A stretch of 32,000 nt of DNA from an uncultured Alphaproteobacteria bacterium (GCA_963931495.1 OZ007020.1:150001-182000), one strand, 5' to 3'. Positions 1 through 9,847 are shown, counted from the stretch's first letter. The notes: generated by a model from the letters alone, not told the origin. Numbers and translations: made by a program.

Positions 1-2
1 AC

Positions 3-32
3 AAAAAATACCGGCAAACGCCGGTATTTTTT
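3..32 (-). terminator. Hairpin terminator downstream of rpsO (bidirectional shape)
   Basis: AAAAAATACCGGC-aaac-GCCGGTATTTTTT inverted repeat with an A-run on one side and a T-run on the other, just 3' of the rpsO stop. Confidence 0.75.
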
Positions 33-33
33 G

Positions 34-306
34 TTATTTACGCAGACCTAATTTTTTAATCAAATCTTCGTATTCTGTAACACTGTTCTTTTTGATGTAC
101 GCCAACAGTTTTTTGCGGCGATTAACCATCTTGTTCAAACCGTGTCTGGAATGCAAATCCTTGTGATTATTTTTCATATGCACGGTTAAGTTGCGAATAC
201 GTTCTGTTAAAACAGCAACCTGGGACGCGGCAGACCCACCGTTATCCTTGTCACTTGTTTTGAATTCTTTAATTAATTCGCCTTTTTTTTCTTTTGTAAC
301 GGACAT
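34..306 (-). CDS. rpsO: 30S ribosomal protein S15
   Basis: 90-aa ORF; the translation ([45 protein letters not shown]) is a typical bacterial S15; located directly downstream of truB. Confidence 0.97.
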   Translation of the reverse strand: MSVTKEKKGELIKEFKTSDKDNGGSAASQVAVLTERIRNLTVHMKNNHKDLHSRHGLNKMVNRRKKLLAYIKKNSVTEYEDLIKKLGLRK

Positions 307-322
307 TTTTGTTTTCCTTTTG

Positions 323-1204
323 TTATTTTATTGTTCGTTTCGGACGCAGTGTGCCATCATCAATCATTCCAATGCCAATAAATTCGCCACCAGAATATAC
401 ACGATATAACCCGTGCGCCATGCTTGTCGCGATAAAACCGCCATTTTTATACAATCTGGCCGATTTACCGTCAAGATTCAGAACCGGAATGCCCCCCAGT
501 CCAAAATCAATTGGTTCCAGATATTTACCAGAATCCGCACCATTATTAACCAGATTTTCCAGAAAATCAAGTTTTACAGTATCTTTTATATCAACGCCAA
601 TTGTTTCAGTACGGCGTATCATGTCAACTGTTGCAACCGTACCACACGCGTTCGCAATGTCGCGCGCCAATGCCCGTACATACGTGCCACGTGCACATCG
701 TACACGGAATTTATATGAATTCCCGTCGGCACCGACCAATTCCAGCGCATCAATATGTACACGACGGGCCGGCAAATTCACCGCCCCGCCACGACGCGCA
801 ATATCATATGCACGTTGTCCGTCAACATGCAATGCACTGAATGCGGGCGGAATCTGGTCAATATCACCAATGAATTGATCCAGCACCCCACACACATCAC
901 CATAACCCGGGACAATATCCGTGCGACGGATTTCTGTGCCATATATGTCCAGAGTGTCTGTTTCAAAGCCAAATTGTACGGAAAACAAATACTCTTTAAC
1001 AGATGGACACATATCTTCAACATACGGAATCATTTTTGTTGCCGCGCCAATTGCCACCGGCAACACCCCAGACGCCATTTCATCCAATGTACCAATGTGC
1101 CCAAACTTATGCGCCCCCAGCACACGTGCCACACGGGACGCCGCAGCGCGGCTGAATATTCCAGATGGCTTGTCCAGTAAAATAAATCCAGATATATCTG
1201 ACAT
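323..1204 (-). CDS. truB: tRNA pseudouridine(55) synthase TruB
   Basis: 293-aa ORF with [10 protein letters not shown] and [14 protein letters not shown] (TruB catalytic Asp motif); conserved truB-rpsO adjacency. Confidence 0.95.
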   Translation of the reverse strand: MSDISGFILLDKPSGIFSRAAASRVARVLGAHKFGHIGTLDEMASGVLPVAIGAATKMIPYVEDMCPSVKEYLFSVQFGFETDTLDIYGTEIRRTDIVPGYGDVCGVLDQFIGDIDQIPPAFSALHVDGQRAYDIARRGGAVNLPARRVHIDALELVGADGNSYKFRVRCARGTYVRALARDIANACGTVATVDMIRRTETIGVDIKDTVKLDFLENLVNNGADSGKYLEPIDFGLGGIPVLNLDGKSARLYKNGGFIATSMAHGLYRVYSGGEFIGIGMIDDGTLRPKRTIK

Positions 1205-1351
1205 GGTAATGGTATTAAATCTTATTTTTTTCTTTTGTACAGTATTTTTTCGTTACACAACACATAAAAACCGGAAATAACATTTATTGATTGCCGCCAG
1301 GCAACAAATAATTTTGCCGATAATCTGGCGGTTTTCTTGGGACAGCCCTAT

Positions 1352-1858
1352 TTAATGCGATCGCACACACATTCGTTCGCGTGATGCGCGCGCGATAAAT
1401 TTGGCCAGTTCTGAACGTGCACCTTCGCACTTTGGCCATATCTGGCGCAAATTTTTCAAATCAATAACTGCATCGGCCATGCCATGTTGGAATGGCACTT
1501 CGCGCCATACATGTGGCGTTTCTGTTCCATCTGCACATATATTTGATATCGGCGCTGTTGGTGATTCTATGAACATACGCTTGCCGTCTGTGCGGATGTT
1601 ACGACCAACCCAAAAGCGTGGCCCCCATTTTATATCAGACGTAAAATCATACCCATCCACCGAAAAAATATATTTTGTCCCCAGCCGAAATGATGGTGCC
1701 ACATGTTTATACGTATACACAACAGATGGCGCAATAAAATCATACGCCAACAAAAATTTCTTTAATTCTTTTGGGGATTGCAACACGCGATAATTTTCAA
1801 ACACAGTACTGTTCCATTGTGTATCAAAAACAATTAACGGTCGTACAAATATATGCAT
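1352..1858 (-). CDS. Hypothetical protein (168 aa), no family recognised
   Basis: Long ORF with a strong SD (AAGGGGA) 6-7 nt before the ATG, 20 nt downstream of the mutS stop on the same strand; no motif I can name. Confidence 0.6.
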   Translation of the reverse strand: MHIFVRPLIVFDTQWNSTVFENYRVLQSPKELKKFLLAYDFIAPSVVYTYKHVAPSFRLGTKYIFSVDGYDFTSDIKWGPRFWVGRNIRTDGKRMFIESPTAPISNICADGTETPHVWREVPFQHGMADAVIDLKNLRQIWPKCEGARSELAKFIARASRERMCVRSH

Positions 1859-1877
1859 GTGTTCCCCTTTGTTTTTA

Positions 1878-4433
1878 TCAGCCGAATAAATTCAATTGCA
1901 CATTGTGTTTATCCGGCTGGGCCACACTGGTTTTATTCGTTTTGTCGGGCTTTGTCGGCGTTGGCGGTGCCACATCCACAACGGTAACATTACAACGCTG
2001 TGATTCCAGTTCTGATAAAACATTTTCAGCACGATGAACCACAGATTCCGGCATGCCGGCCATTTTTGCAACCTGGATTCCATATGACCGATTGGCAACA
2101 CCGGCAACAATTTTGTGCATAAATATTATTTCATTATTATGTTCTTGAACATCAATGGTCAAACAAGACACATTTCTTAATTTATCATCTGTATCGCCAA
2201 CCAGTCCCGTTAATTCATGATAATGTGTCGCAAACAATACCCGCGCCCCCAGTTTATCCAGATATTCTAAAACAGCCTGGGCAATTGCCATTCCGTCATA
2301 TGTTGCGGTGCCCCGCCCTATTTCATCAAAAATTATAAACGATGAATGCGTTGCACGACGCAGTATGTTGGCGGTTTCACTCATTTCCACCATAAACGTT
2401 GACTGGCCAGCGGCCAAGTTATCAGATGCACCGACGCGACTGAACAACTGGTCACATATTCCAATCGTGGCACACGTTGCCGGAACAAAAGATCCCAAAT
2501 GCGCCAAAACGACCAACAATGCATTCTGGCGTAAATATGTTGATTTGCCGGCCATATTTGGCCCTGTTAACAGTGCAACCGATTTCGCGTTCAAATTACA
2601 ATCATTCTTTACAAAATTATCACCATGGCTGCGTAATACATGTTCAATAACCGGATGACGCCCACCGACAACATCAAACGCGGTATCATTTGTAATTTTT
2701 GGGCGCACCCAAGAATACTTGTTTGCGACAAATGCCAACGAATACCAAACATCTAAATCCGCCAGTAAATCCGCCGCCGCCAACAAATCATCGGCCTTTT
2801 CGCGTATATGTTCCGTCAGTCGCGCAATTATTTCTGATTCTATGGCCGCAGATTTTTCGGCCGCACTGCGCACATCATTATCCAAGTCAATCAAACGCGA
2901 TGTTGTAAATCGCATGTTCCCAGACATTGTCTGGCGATGAATGAACCCAGATTCGGGCAACATCAGTACATCGGCACGCGCAGATGGAACCTCTATGAAA
3001 TACCCCAGTATATTGTTATATTTTATTTTCAAATTATGTATACCGGTTGTTGTGGCATATTCCGACTGCATCCCAGCAATCGTTTCTTTGGCACCGTGGG
3101 CCAACGAACGCATGTTGTCCAATGACATATCAAACCCAGAACGTATCACATTGCCATCACGAAAAAATGTTGGCAATTCATCCGACAGTGCAGAATTTAA
3201 TTCCAACGCCAATTCATCATGCGTTTGCAACCCATCAAATCGCGCCGCAAAATCATTGTCTAAACGCGCGCCCATCATCTTGACATTTGGTAACTCAATT
3301 AAAAAATCCGCAATATGGCGCATATCGCGCGGTGTGCCACGCCCTGATAACAGGCGCGATAAACTGCGCCCGACATCCGGCACCACCCCCAATGCCGACG
3401 CAACCCCACCCATAACATCTTGGTTTAATAACAAATGACCAATATGTTCTTGGCGACGATGGATTTCATCCATATCCCCAGACAGTGTACGCAGATAAGA
3501 ACGCAATTTTCGCGCCCCAGCCGCAGTTTTTGTATTATCCAGTACATCAACCAAGCACGCACCACCATCGTTTATCGGCGCATCTATTTCCAGACTTTTC
3601 CATGTTGCAGAATCAATTAATAATTGGCGCCCAGATTTATACACATATGGCGCACGAAATGTTATTGTTGCGCCACGCTGGGTATTAAACAAATATCCCG
3701 CCATTAACGCAATGGCGTCATGGCAAATACCATCCGCCCCCGCCCCAGAATCTGTGGCGCCACCAAAAACACGTGAAACAACCTGGTTTATATCACTGCG
3801 ATGATACAACTTTTCGTATACTGGCGTTGTTTTGAACAGGTCACGTAAACGCATAATTGTGTTGTTTTCAGCAATATGTTCAGGATAAATAACTTCGGCC
3901 GGATTTATACGCACCATATCATCAATAACATCAGATGTACGGCCAATAAAAAATTCACCTGTTGAAATATCACACCCGGCAATATCAAATGCGTCCCCAG
4001 TTGGCATCACCGCAACCAGAAAATTAGAATTTTTCGGCGTCAGTAAATTTTCATCTGTTAATGTCCCAGGGGTCAGCACACGCACAATACGCCGGTCAAT
4101 AAATTTGTGGCCACGCGCCTTGGCCTGGGCCGGGGTTTCCATTTGTTCCACTAATGCGACCTGGAACCCGGCCCGAACCAATCGCCCAAAATAATTATCT
4201 GCGGCGTGCCACGGTATACCACACATTGGTATATCTGTGCCATCCCCATCTGTGCCACGCTGGGTCAGAACCAGGCCCAAAGATTTACTGATAACGCGTG
4301 CGTCTTCAAAAAAAGCCTCGTAAAAATCGCCCAAACGGAACATCAGCAATGCATCGGGATTTTCCGATTTCATATCAACATATTGCTGCATAACCGGGGT
4401 CAGTTTTGCCTTTTCTGCCACAATTTTATCCAT
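1878..4433 (-). CDS. mutS: DNA mismatch repair protein MutS
   Basis: 851-aa ORF; Walker A GPNMAGKST, MutS-type ATPase core (STFMVEMSE, DEIGRGT), C-terminal QLNLF clamp-binding-like motif. Confidence 0.97.
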   Translation of the reverse strand: MDKIVAEKAKLTPVMQQYVDMKSENPDALLMFRLGDFYEAFFEDARVISKSLGLVLTQRGTDGDGTDIPMCGIPWHAADNYFGRLVRAGFQVALVEQMETPAQAKARGHKFIDRRIVRVLTPGTLTDENLLTPKNSNFLVAVMPTGDAFDIAGCDISTGEFFIGRTSDVIDDMVRINPAEVIYPEHIAENNTIMRLRDLFKTTPVYEKLYHRSDINQVVSRVFGGATDSGAGADGICHDAIALMAGYLFNTQRGATITFRAPYVYKSGRQLLIDSATWKSLEIDAPINDGGACLVDVLDNTKTAAGARKLRSYLRTLSGDMDEIHRRQEHIGHLLLNQDVMGGVASALGVVPDVGRSLSRLLSGRGTPRDMRHIADFLIELPNVKMMGARLDNDFAARFDGLQTHDELALELNSALSDELPTFFRDGNVIRSGFDMSLDNMRSLAHGAKETIAGMQSEYATTTGIHNLKIKYNNILGYFIEVPSARADVLMLPESGFIHRQTMSGNMRFTTSRLIDLDNDVRSAAEKSAAIESEIIARLTEHIREKADDLLAAADLLADLDVWYSLAFVANKYSWVRPKITNDTAFDVVGGRHPVIEHVLRSHGDNFVKNDCNLNAKSVALLTGPNMAGKSTYLRQNALLVVLAHLGSFVPATCATIGICDQLFSRVGASDNLAAGQSTFMVEMSETANILRRATHSSFIIFDEIGRGTATYDGMAIAQAVLEYLDKLGARVLFATHYHELTGLVGDTDDKLRNVSCLTIDVQEHNNEIIFMHKIVAGVANRSYGIQVAKMAGMPESVVHRAENVLSELESQRCNVTVVDVAPPTPTKPDKTNKTSVAQPDKHNVQLNLFG

Positions 4434-4653
4434 TATCTTGTGCGGGTGTAACTTTTAATGTTTCTATTTTTAATTCCGCTTCTTTTAACAATTGTTCACA
4501 GTATGCCTTTAACTTGATTCCTTGTTCGTATGCCGCCACAGAATCCGCCAATGGCAATTCACCTGATTCCATTTTTTTTACCAGTTCTGTCAGTTGCTTG
4601 TACGCTTCTTCAAATGATAATTTTTTATCGTCCATACTTATACCTTTTGCCAT
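4426..4653 (-). CDS. xseB: Exodeoxyribonuclease VII small subunit
   Basis: 75-aa ORF, LSFEEAYKQLTELVKKMESGELPLADSVAAYEQGIKL is typical XseB; its stop overlaps the mutS start by 8 nt. Confidence 0.9.
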   Translation of the reverse strand: MAKGISMDDKKLSFEEAYKQLTELVKKMESGELPLADSVAAYEQGIKLKAYCEQLLKEAELKIETLKVTPAQDNG

Positions 4654-4746
4654 GCATCAACCATACAAAAATGATTATCAAAAGGCAAATAAAATAACAT
4701 CACATAAAATTTTATTTATATGCCGCAATCCGCAGTAAAAAATTAT

Positions 4747-4772
4747 AATAAAATACCGGCAAATGCCGGCAC
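4747..4772 (-). terminator. Hairpin terminator downstream of gpsA
   Basis: CCGGC-aaat-GCCGG stem-loop (4756..4769), followed on the minus strand by TATTTTATT. Confidence 0.6.
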
Positions 4773-4774
4773 TT

Positions 4775-5638
4775 TTATAACTTCATTTTTTGTTGCATTT
4801 CAATCAATATCGGGGTTGAAATACCAATCTTTTTTGCACGGCGAATCAGCCCATTCATAGCAAAAATACCTTCTACGGTGCCGGCGGGCGGATTGCCGTT
4901 CGCAATCGCCATGCCACCGGCAAAATTACGACTGGTTTCGGATGTTGCCGATAAATACAAATCCCCTATTCCGCACAAATCCAAGAATGTACGCATTTTT
5001 GCACCAGTGGCCATACCAATTTCCATAACTTCATTCCATGCACGTGTAAAAATCATTGCACGTTCGTTTTCACCGCCCGCAACAACAGAATTATATCCAC
5101 ATATCAGTGCAACTGCATTTTTCCCAACCCCACATATTTCTGCACCGATAATATCATCACTGGGGCTGATGAATAGTTTATTTAATATCTTGGTGCCATA
5201 ATCTATGACACGTGATGACCCGGCCAGTGTGCTGCCCGTGGGGACACCACGTGCAACTTCGGCGGCAAATTGCGGTCCCGACAATACCCCAAAATCAGAA
5301 ACAGACGGCATTTCTGCGCGTATAATTTCAGACATAAAATCACCAGTTGTGCTTTCCGCGCCCTTGGTACAGATGATAATCGGTTGGTTATTATAAAATT
5401 CTTTTGCATTTTTTATCGTTGCACGAAAGAATGCCGCCGGTGTTACAACCAACCATGCATCACATTCCGCCAAATCATGCATATCGCGCGTTACACGAAT
5501 GTTTTCTGACATCGTAACGCCATCAAAAATCTTGTATTCACCGTCATATGACCACAACACAACATTTGCCCCGCCACGTGCAGAAACAATCGCCAATGCG
5601 GTTCCCCATGCGCCAGCGCCAATTACACCAACATTCAT
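4775..5638 (-). CDS. gpsA: NAD(P)H-dependent glycerol-3-phosphate dehydrogenase
   Basis: 287-aa ORF; N-terminal Rossmann motif VGVIGAGAWGTALA and GpsA-like core (ICTKG, LSGPQFAAEV); somewhat shorter than typical GpsA. Confidence 0.92.
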   Translation of the reverse strand: MNVGVIGAGAWGTALAIVSARGGANVVLWSYDGEYKIFDGVTMSENIRVTRDMHDLAECDAWLVVTPAAFFRATIKNAKEFYNNQPIIICTKGAESTTGDFMSEIIRAEMPSVSDFGVLSGPQFAAEVARGVPTGSTLAGSSRVIDYGTKILNKLFISPSDDIIGAEICGVGKNAVALICGYNSVVAGGENERAMIFTRAWNEVMEIGMATGAKMRTFLDLCGIGDLYLSATSETSRNFAGGMAIANGNPPAGTVEGIFAMNGLIRRAKKIGISTPILIEMQQKMKL

Positions 5639-7251
5639 TTCAAATTCCTTAATTTTTTCTGTATTTCTGAAACGATAACCATACCATCACCAGACAGTTC
5701 AATTGCCCGCATATATGCATCACGCGCCTGTTTTACATCATCCAGCGCAACATGCAAATCCCCCAATTGTTCAAACAATGACGAACAAGACATTGCAATT
5801 TCACCAACACGTGATATTAAATCCAGCGCAGATTCCGGCCCTTCGCGTACGGTCACAACGCGTCCCAATGTATCCCACGAAACGATATCTGTGGGATCTT
5901 TCTTTACCAGCATCATCGCGTAATCATATGCATTTTCAATTTCGCGTCCCTGGGCCGCCCAAATTTTTGCCTGTAAAGACAGAATTTCTGCATCCAATGG
6001 CAACACAGATGACGCATCGTGTAAATCAGATTGCGCCGCATCCATATCCCCAAATGTATAGTGCACCTGGGCACGTAACTTGGTAAAAAACGCACGCCCA
6101 ATGTCATTCAGATTTTCATCATCCAGTGCGTTATTTACCACCCGCAATGCCGCACGCTTTTTATCATTCTGGACATTATATGCAACCAATTTATTAACCG
6201 CCGGCACAAACAACGGATTTTCGCGCGTTGCGCGTTCCAAGGTATCTATATCCCCACTTTTATCCGCAACGCGTAATACCGCAAATAAATAAAACGGACT
6301 GGATGATTGAATCTTGTTAAAATACCGTTCGTAATCACCAGAATTATTATAAAAATATTGCCCCATGTAATAGTTTATCGCATCACTGTATGTACCAAAT
6401 TCGGGACTGGTAATCTGGGCAAAACGCAATAATAACATTGCTAAATCAGAATACATCATGATTTGCGTATGCGATACAGTTTGAACCAAACTGAACGCCA
6501 ATTGATTCGTATATCCGTCAAACATTGACCAATCTGGGATGTCATTATAATCCAACATAAACAACCCACCCGGACGCGATGTAAATTCACGATGCAATTC
6601 ATCGGCGGCATCTGTCATATTGTTATGCAAATAAAACGACATCACATACAAATAATCACTAAGATTCATAAAATCTATACCAACGTCGGCAAATGATTTT
6701 ACAGCCTGGTCAACATCACCATTTTGGGCGTATATCTGCCCAATGATAAATTTTTGCCACGATTCATTTGTTGGCAATGACTTGATGAATTTTATCGCCG
6801 ATTTCGTTTTGTCCGTGGCAACAGAAGCCCATACACGCAATGGTGCCGCCAATGCAGATTCATCTTTCTTGTGGCGATTATACAGTTCATCCCAATCGCC
6901 CTGTTGCACCAAGTACGCATCATAGATTAATCGCGACGCAGCATTTTTTTCTTCGGCCAAAATTTCAACGCCATCCGGCATAGTGCCATTCAGAAAATCC
7001 GCCAAAAATTTGGTTGTTTGTACAGTTGCGTATTCTGTTTCTGTTAATACATTGGCAAATTGTGCAGCATTATCAAAATCATTAACATAAATTGCATGCT
7101 GGGCCGCCAAAAATGCACCAAATTGCGTCGTGGGATATTCATAATTTTGTGGCACAGAATTCATATGATTATAATACCACACACCACCGCACACAACCGC
7201 GGCGGTTACAGCCAATACAATCCCTGTGAATAAAGTTTCTGTTTTTCTCAT
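5635..7251 (-). CDS. Membrane-anchored TPR-repeat-like protein (538 aa)
   Basis: N-terminal hydrophobic helix (LFTGIVLAVTAAVVCGGVWYY) followed by helical repeat-like sequence; its stop overlaps the gpsA start in an ATGA overlap. Confidence 0.8.
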   Translation of the reverse strand: MRKTETLFTGIVLAVTAAVVCGGVWYYNHMNSVPQNYEYPTTQFGAFLAAQHAIYVNDFDNAAQFANVLTETEYATVQTTKFLADFLNGTMPDGVEILAEEKNAASRLIYDAYLVQQGDWDELYNRHKKDESALAAPLRVWASVATDKTKSAIKFIKSLPTNESWQKFIIGQIYAQNGDVDQAVKSFADVGIDFMNLSDYLYVMSFYLHNNMTDAADELHREFTSRPGGLFMLDYNDIPDWSMFDGYTNQLAFSLVQTVSHTQIMMYSDLAMLLLRFAQITSPEFGTYSDAINYYMGQYFYNNSGDYERYFNKIQSSSPFYLFAVLRVADKSGDIDTLERATRENPLFVPAVNKLVAYNVQNDKKRAALRVVNNALDDENLNDIGRAFFTKLRAQVHYTFGDMDAAQSDLHDASSVLPLDAEILSLQAKIWAAQGREIENAYDYAMMLVKKDPTDIVSWDTLGRVVTVREGPESALDLISRVGEIAMSCSSLFEQLGDLHVALDDVKQARDAYMRAIELSGDGMVIVSEIQKKLRNLK

Positions 7252-7277
7252 GTGAAAGTTATGCTACAATAATCTTT

Positions 7278-7838
7278 ATGAATAATAAAGAAAAATTTGA
7301 TTTGTACGAAACTATGCTGCGCGAATGGTCATCTCGGATGAACCTGGTCGCGCCCAGCACATTAAACGACATAAAAACACGCCATTTTGCCGATTCTGCA
7401 CAATTGGCCGACGTTTTGCCACAATCTGTCCAGGTTGTTGACCTGGGCAGTGGCGCTGGTTTTCCCGGCGTCGTGTTGGCGATATTGGGCTGGGACGTCG
7501 TTTGTATTGAATCCATCGGGAAAAAAGCAAACTTTTTATCCGCGGTTAAAGACAAACTGGGACTGGATAACATGACTGTTTTTCATGGACGCGCCGAAGA
7601 TTATATATCCACCCTGCCCCCAGATTGTGGCGACACTGTTTTTACTGCGCGCGCATTTGCACCGTTAATAAAAATACTGGACTATGTTGCAAAAAAATCG
7701 TGCCGGCTTTTTCTGCTAAAAGGCCGGGAAACACCGGCCGAAATTGAAGCGGCAAAACGCAAATACAAATTTGATTACAAACTGGCACCATCCAAAACCG
7801 GCGACGGGTTCATAATCACCATCCAAAAAGGCCGGTAA
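7278..7838 (+). CDS. rsmG: 16S rRNA (guanine527-N7)-methyltransferase RsmG/GidB
   Basis: 186-aa ORF with SAM-binding motif VVDLGSGAGFPGVVLAI; located upstream of parA-parB. Confidence 0.93.
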   Translation: MNNKEKFDLYETMLREWSSRMNLVAPSTLNDIKTRHFADSAQLADVLPQSVQVVDLGSGAGFPGVVLAILGWDVVCIESIGKKANFLSAVKDKLGLDNMTVFHGRAEDYISTLPPDCGDTVFTARAFAPLIKILDYVAKKSCRLFLLKGRETPAEIEAAKRKYKFDYKLAPSKTGDGFIITIQKGR

Positions 7839-7888
7839 TTTCACATGAAACTGCATACAACGTATTGAATATACTTTATTTTACACAC
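7837..7888. repeat. Copy 1 of a 52-bp imperfect direct repeat (rsmG-parA spacer)
   Basis: Hand alignment with 7944..7995 gives 39/52 identical positions; shared blocks are AATTTCA-ATGAAA, TATTGAATATA and ATTTTA-ACA. Confidence 0.7.
7838..7853. promoter_or_regulatory. parS-like half-palindrome (ATTTCACATGAAAC)
   Basis: TTTCACATGAAA differs by one central base from the canonical parS core TTTCACGTGAAA; lies just upstream of parAB. Confidence 0.45.
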
Positions 7889-7907
7889 GGCCAGAAAATA
7901 TATATTA

Positions 7908-7926
7908 TGCCGGCATTTTGCCGGCA
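7908..7926. other. CCGGC-type hairpin without a T-run
   Basis: TGCCGGC-atttt-GCCGGCA perfect 7-bp stem between the two repeat copies; no T-run follows on the plus strand. Confidence 0.5.
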
Positions 7927-7943
7927 AGAACCCCCGTAAACAG

Positions 7944-7995
7944 AATTTCATATGAAATAAAGTATAACATATTGAATATAGTACATTTTATACAA
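7944..7995. repeat. Copy 2 of the 52-bp imperfect direct repeat
   Basis: See copy 1; the two copies are offset by 107 bp. Confidence 0.7.
7945..7958. promoter_or_regulatory. parS-like perfect 14-bp palindrome (ATTTCATATGAAAT)
   Basis: Perfect palindrome; its arms match the parS arms TTTCA/TGAAA, and the central CG is replaced by TA. Confidence 0.4.
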
Positions 7996-8071
7996 ACAAC
8001 AGATAAGTTCTTGACCGAATCGGACAGTTTATTGTAGGCTTTTTGTGTATAAAACAAAGGATAATATTTAT

Positions 8072-8845
8072 ATGGCACAAATTATCGCATTTGCAAATCA
8101 AAAGGGTGGGGTAGGCAAAACAACGACGGCGATTAATCTGGCAACATCGTTGGCCGCCATTAAAAAGCGTGTATTATTGATTGATTTAGATTCACAGTGT
8201 AACGCCAGTACCGGATTGGGATTTGTGCGTGCATCACATCCACAAAGTATTTATGGGGTTTTGGCCGGCCAATCCCGGGCCGAAGATAATATTTTATCAA
8301 CCAAGGTTACTGGATTACACCTGTTACCATCATCACCAATGTTGGCGGGTATAGAAAATTATCTGATGGACAGTGATGGCGGCGCGTATCTGTTACGTAA
8401 TGCATTGGGTGCGGTGTATGAACATTATGATTATATTTTATTGGATTGTCCGCCGGCGCTGGGCGCGTTAACACTGAATGCATTGACCACCGCGACATAT
8501 GTTATAATTCCGTTACAGTGTGAATTTTTTGCGTTGCAGGGGATTTCGGATTTATTAACAAACATTCGCAGCATACGCGAAAAATGGAATCCTGAACTAG
8601 AAGTTCTGGGGATTTTATTAACCATGTACGACAAACGATATGGCCAAACGTACCAGGCAGAAAAAGATGTTCGTGAAACGTTTGGCGATACAGTGTTCAA
8701 AACAGTTATACCACGTAATGTTCGCGTGTCCGAAGCGCCAAGTCATGGAATCCCGGCACTGCTGTATGATTTCAAATCACCTGGGGCCCAGGCATATTTA
8801 CGTGTCGCAACCGAAGTCGTTCAACGTTTGGAAAAAGGGGAATAA
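8072..8845 (+). CDS. parA: Chromosome partitioning ATPase ParA/Soj
   Basis: Deviant Walker A NQKGGVGKTT. ATG at 8072 (MAQIIAFANQKGG) is preferred over the ORF-track GTG at 8045, which adds 9 aa. Confidence 0.93.
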   Translation: MAQIIAFANQKGGVGKTTTAINLATSLAAIKKRVLLIDLDSQCNASTGLGFVRASHPQSIYGVLAGQSRAEDNILSTKVTGLHLLPSSPMLAGIENYLMDSDGGAYLLRNALGAVYEHYDYILLDCPPALGALTLNALTTATYVIIPLQCEFFALQGISDLLTNIRSIREKWNPELEVLGILLTMYDKRYGQTYQAEKDVRETFGDTVFKTVIPRNVRVSEAPSHGIPALLYDFKSPGAQAYLRVATEVVQRLEKGE

Positions 8846-8847
8846 AA

Positions 8848-9726
8848 ATGTCAAAGTTTGGAATGGGGCGTGGATTGGCAGATATCCAACACGAAATGGG
8901 AAATGTCCCAGATATATCTGTGTTGACCGGGGCAGGGCGTGTTGTGGTTAAACAAATTCCATTGGCGCAAATTGGCGCGAATCCGGACCAGCCACGTAAA
9001 ACATTTACAGAATCAGAATTGTCCGAACTGGCCGCGTCCATAAAGGAAAAAGGGGTTTTACAACCAATTTTGTTGCGCGCTGTCACAGGACAACCATATA
9101 TGTATGAAATTGTTGCCGGCGAACGGCGTTTTCGGGCCAGCAAAATGGCCGGTTTATCAGAAATACCGGCATTGGTAAAAACAATCACCCCGGAAAGCGC
9201 GATGGAAATCGCATTAATTGAAAATGTACAGCGTGAAAATCTGAACGCCATAGAAGAAGCCGCCGCATACAAAAATATTATGGAAAAGTGCAATTATGAA
9301 TTGTCTGATGTTGCGCGACTGATTGGCAAATCAGAAAGTTATATACGAAACATTATGCGTCTGGACACTTTGCCAAACGATGTCAAAGATATGGTAAAAT
9401 CGGGTGCGATATCCGCATCGCATGCACGTGCAATCGCGGTTGCTGAAAATCCGACAGAATTGGCCCATCGTATAATTGACAACAAAATGTCTGTATCTGA
9501 TACTGAACGCGTTGTCCGTACCAGTGTGCGTAAAAAATCCAGCCGCGCATATAATGCACATACGATTGACGAACAAACGATTCGCGATATGGAAAAACAA
9601 ATTTCGTCGGCATTATCTGTACATGTCCAGGTAAAGGAAAAACGTGGCGGGGCAGGGCAAATTATTTTATCGTTTGCCACACGTACGCAAATGCACGATT
9701 TAATTAACAAATTAATCGGCAATTAA
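8848..9726 (+). CDS. parB: Chromosome partitioning protein ParB/Spo0J
   Basis: 292-aa ORF with the ParB box EIVAGERRFRASKMAG and an HTH region; starts 2 nt after the parA stop. Confidence 0.95.
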   Translation: MSKFGMGRGLADIQHEMGNVPDISVLTGAGRVVVKQIPLAQIGANPDQPRKTFTESELSELAASIKEKGVLQPILLRAVTGQPYMYEIVAGERRFRASKMAGLSEIPALVKTITPESAMEIALIENVQRENLNAIEEAAAYKNIMEKCNYELSDVARLIGKSESYIRNIMRLDTLPNDVKDMVKSGAISASHARAIAVAENPTELAHRIIDNKMSVSDTERVVRTSVRKKSSRAYNAHTIDEQTIRDMEKQISSALSVHVQVKEKRGGAGQIILSFATRTQMHDLINKLIGN

Positions 9727-9745
9727 ATACCGTGATTTTTTATAT

Positions 9746-9773
9746 AAAAAAGCCGGCAAATGCCGGTCTTTTT
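9746..9773 (+). terminator. Hairpin terminator after parB
   Basis: AAAAAGCCGGC-aaat-GCCGGTCTTTTT. Confidence 0.75.
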
Positions 9774-9802
9774 ATATAAAAATGTAAACATTAAATAACA
9801 AC

Positions 9803-9833
9803 AAAAAAAACACCGGCATTTGCCGGTGTTTTT
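9803..9833 (-). terminator. Hairpin terminator after pal (bidirectional shape)
   Basis: A8-CACCGGCA-tt-TGCCGGTG-T5, 15 nt beyond the pal stop. Confidence 0.75.
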
Positions 9834-9847
9834 GCGTTAAATATGAA

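Noticed and set aside
309-1280. Several plus-strand ORFs (309..878, 413..718, 755..1180, 921..1280) opposite truB
   Set aside because: They are entirely antisense to a confidently identified truB. Their translations are low-complexity or Cys/His/Arg-rich with no motifs, typical of shadow ORFs.
7839-8044. Replication origin (DnaA boxes) next to rsmG-parAB
   Set aside because: No TTATCCACA-type boxes occur in this spacer. The near matches I noticed (about 5094 TATATCCACA, about 21248 TTATCCACC) lie inside coding sequence and are isolated.
8772-9722. Minus-strand ORFs (8772..9293, 9339..9722, others) opposite parB
   Set aside because: They are antisense to parB, which has clear ParB motifs. 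There is no independent evidence for them.
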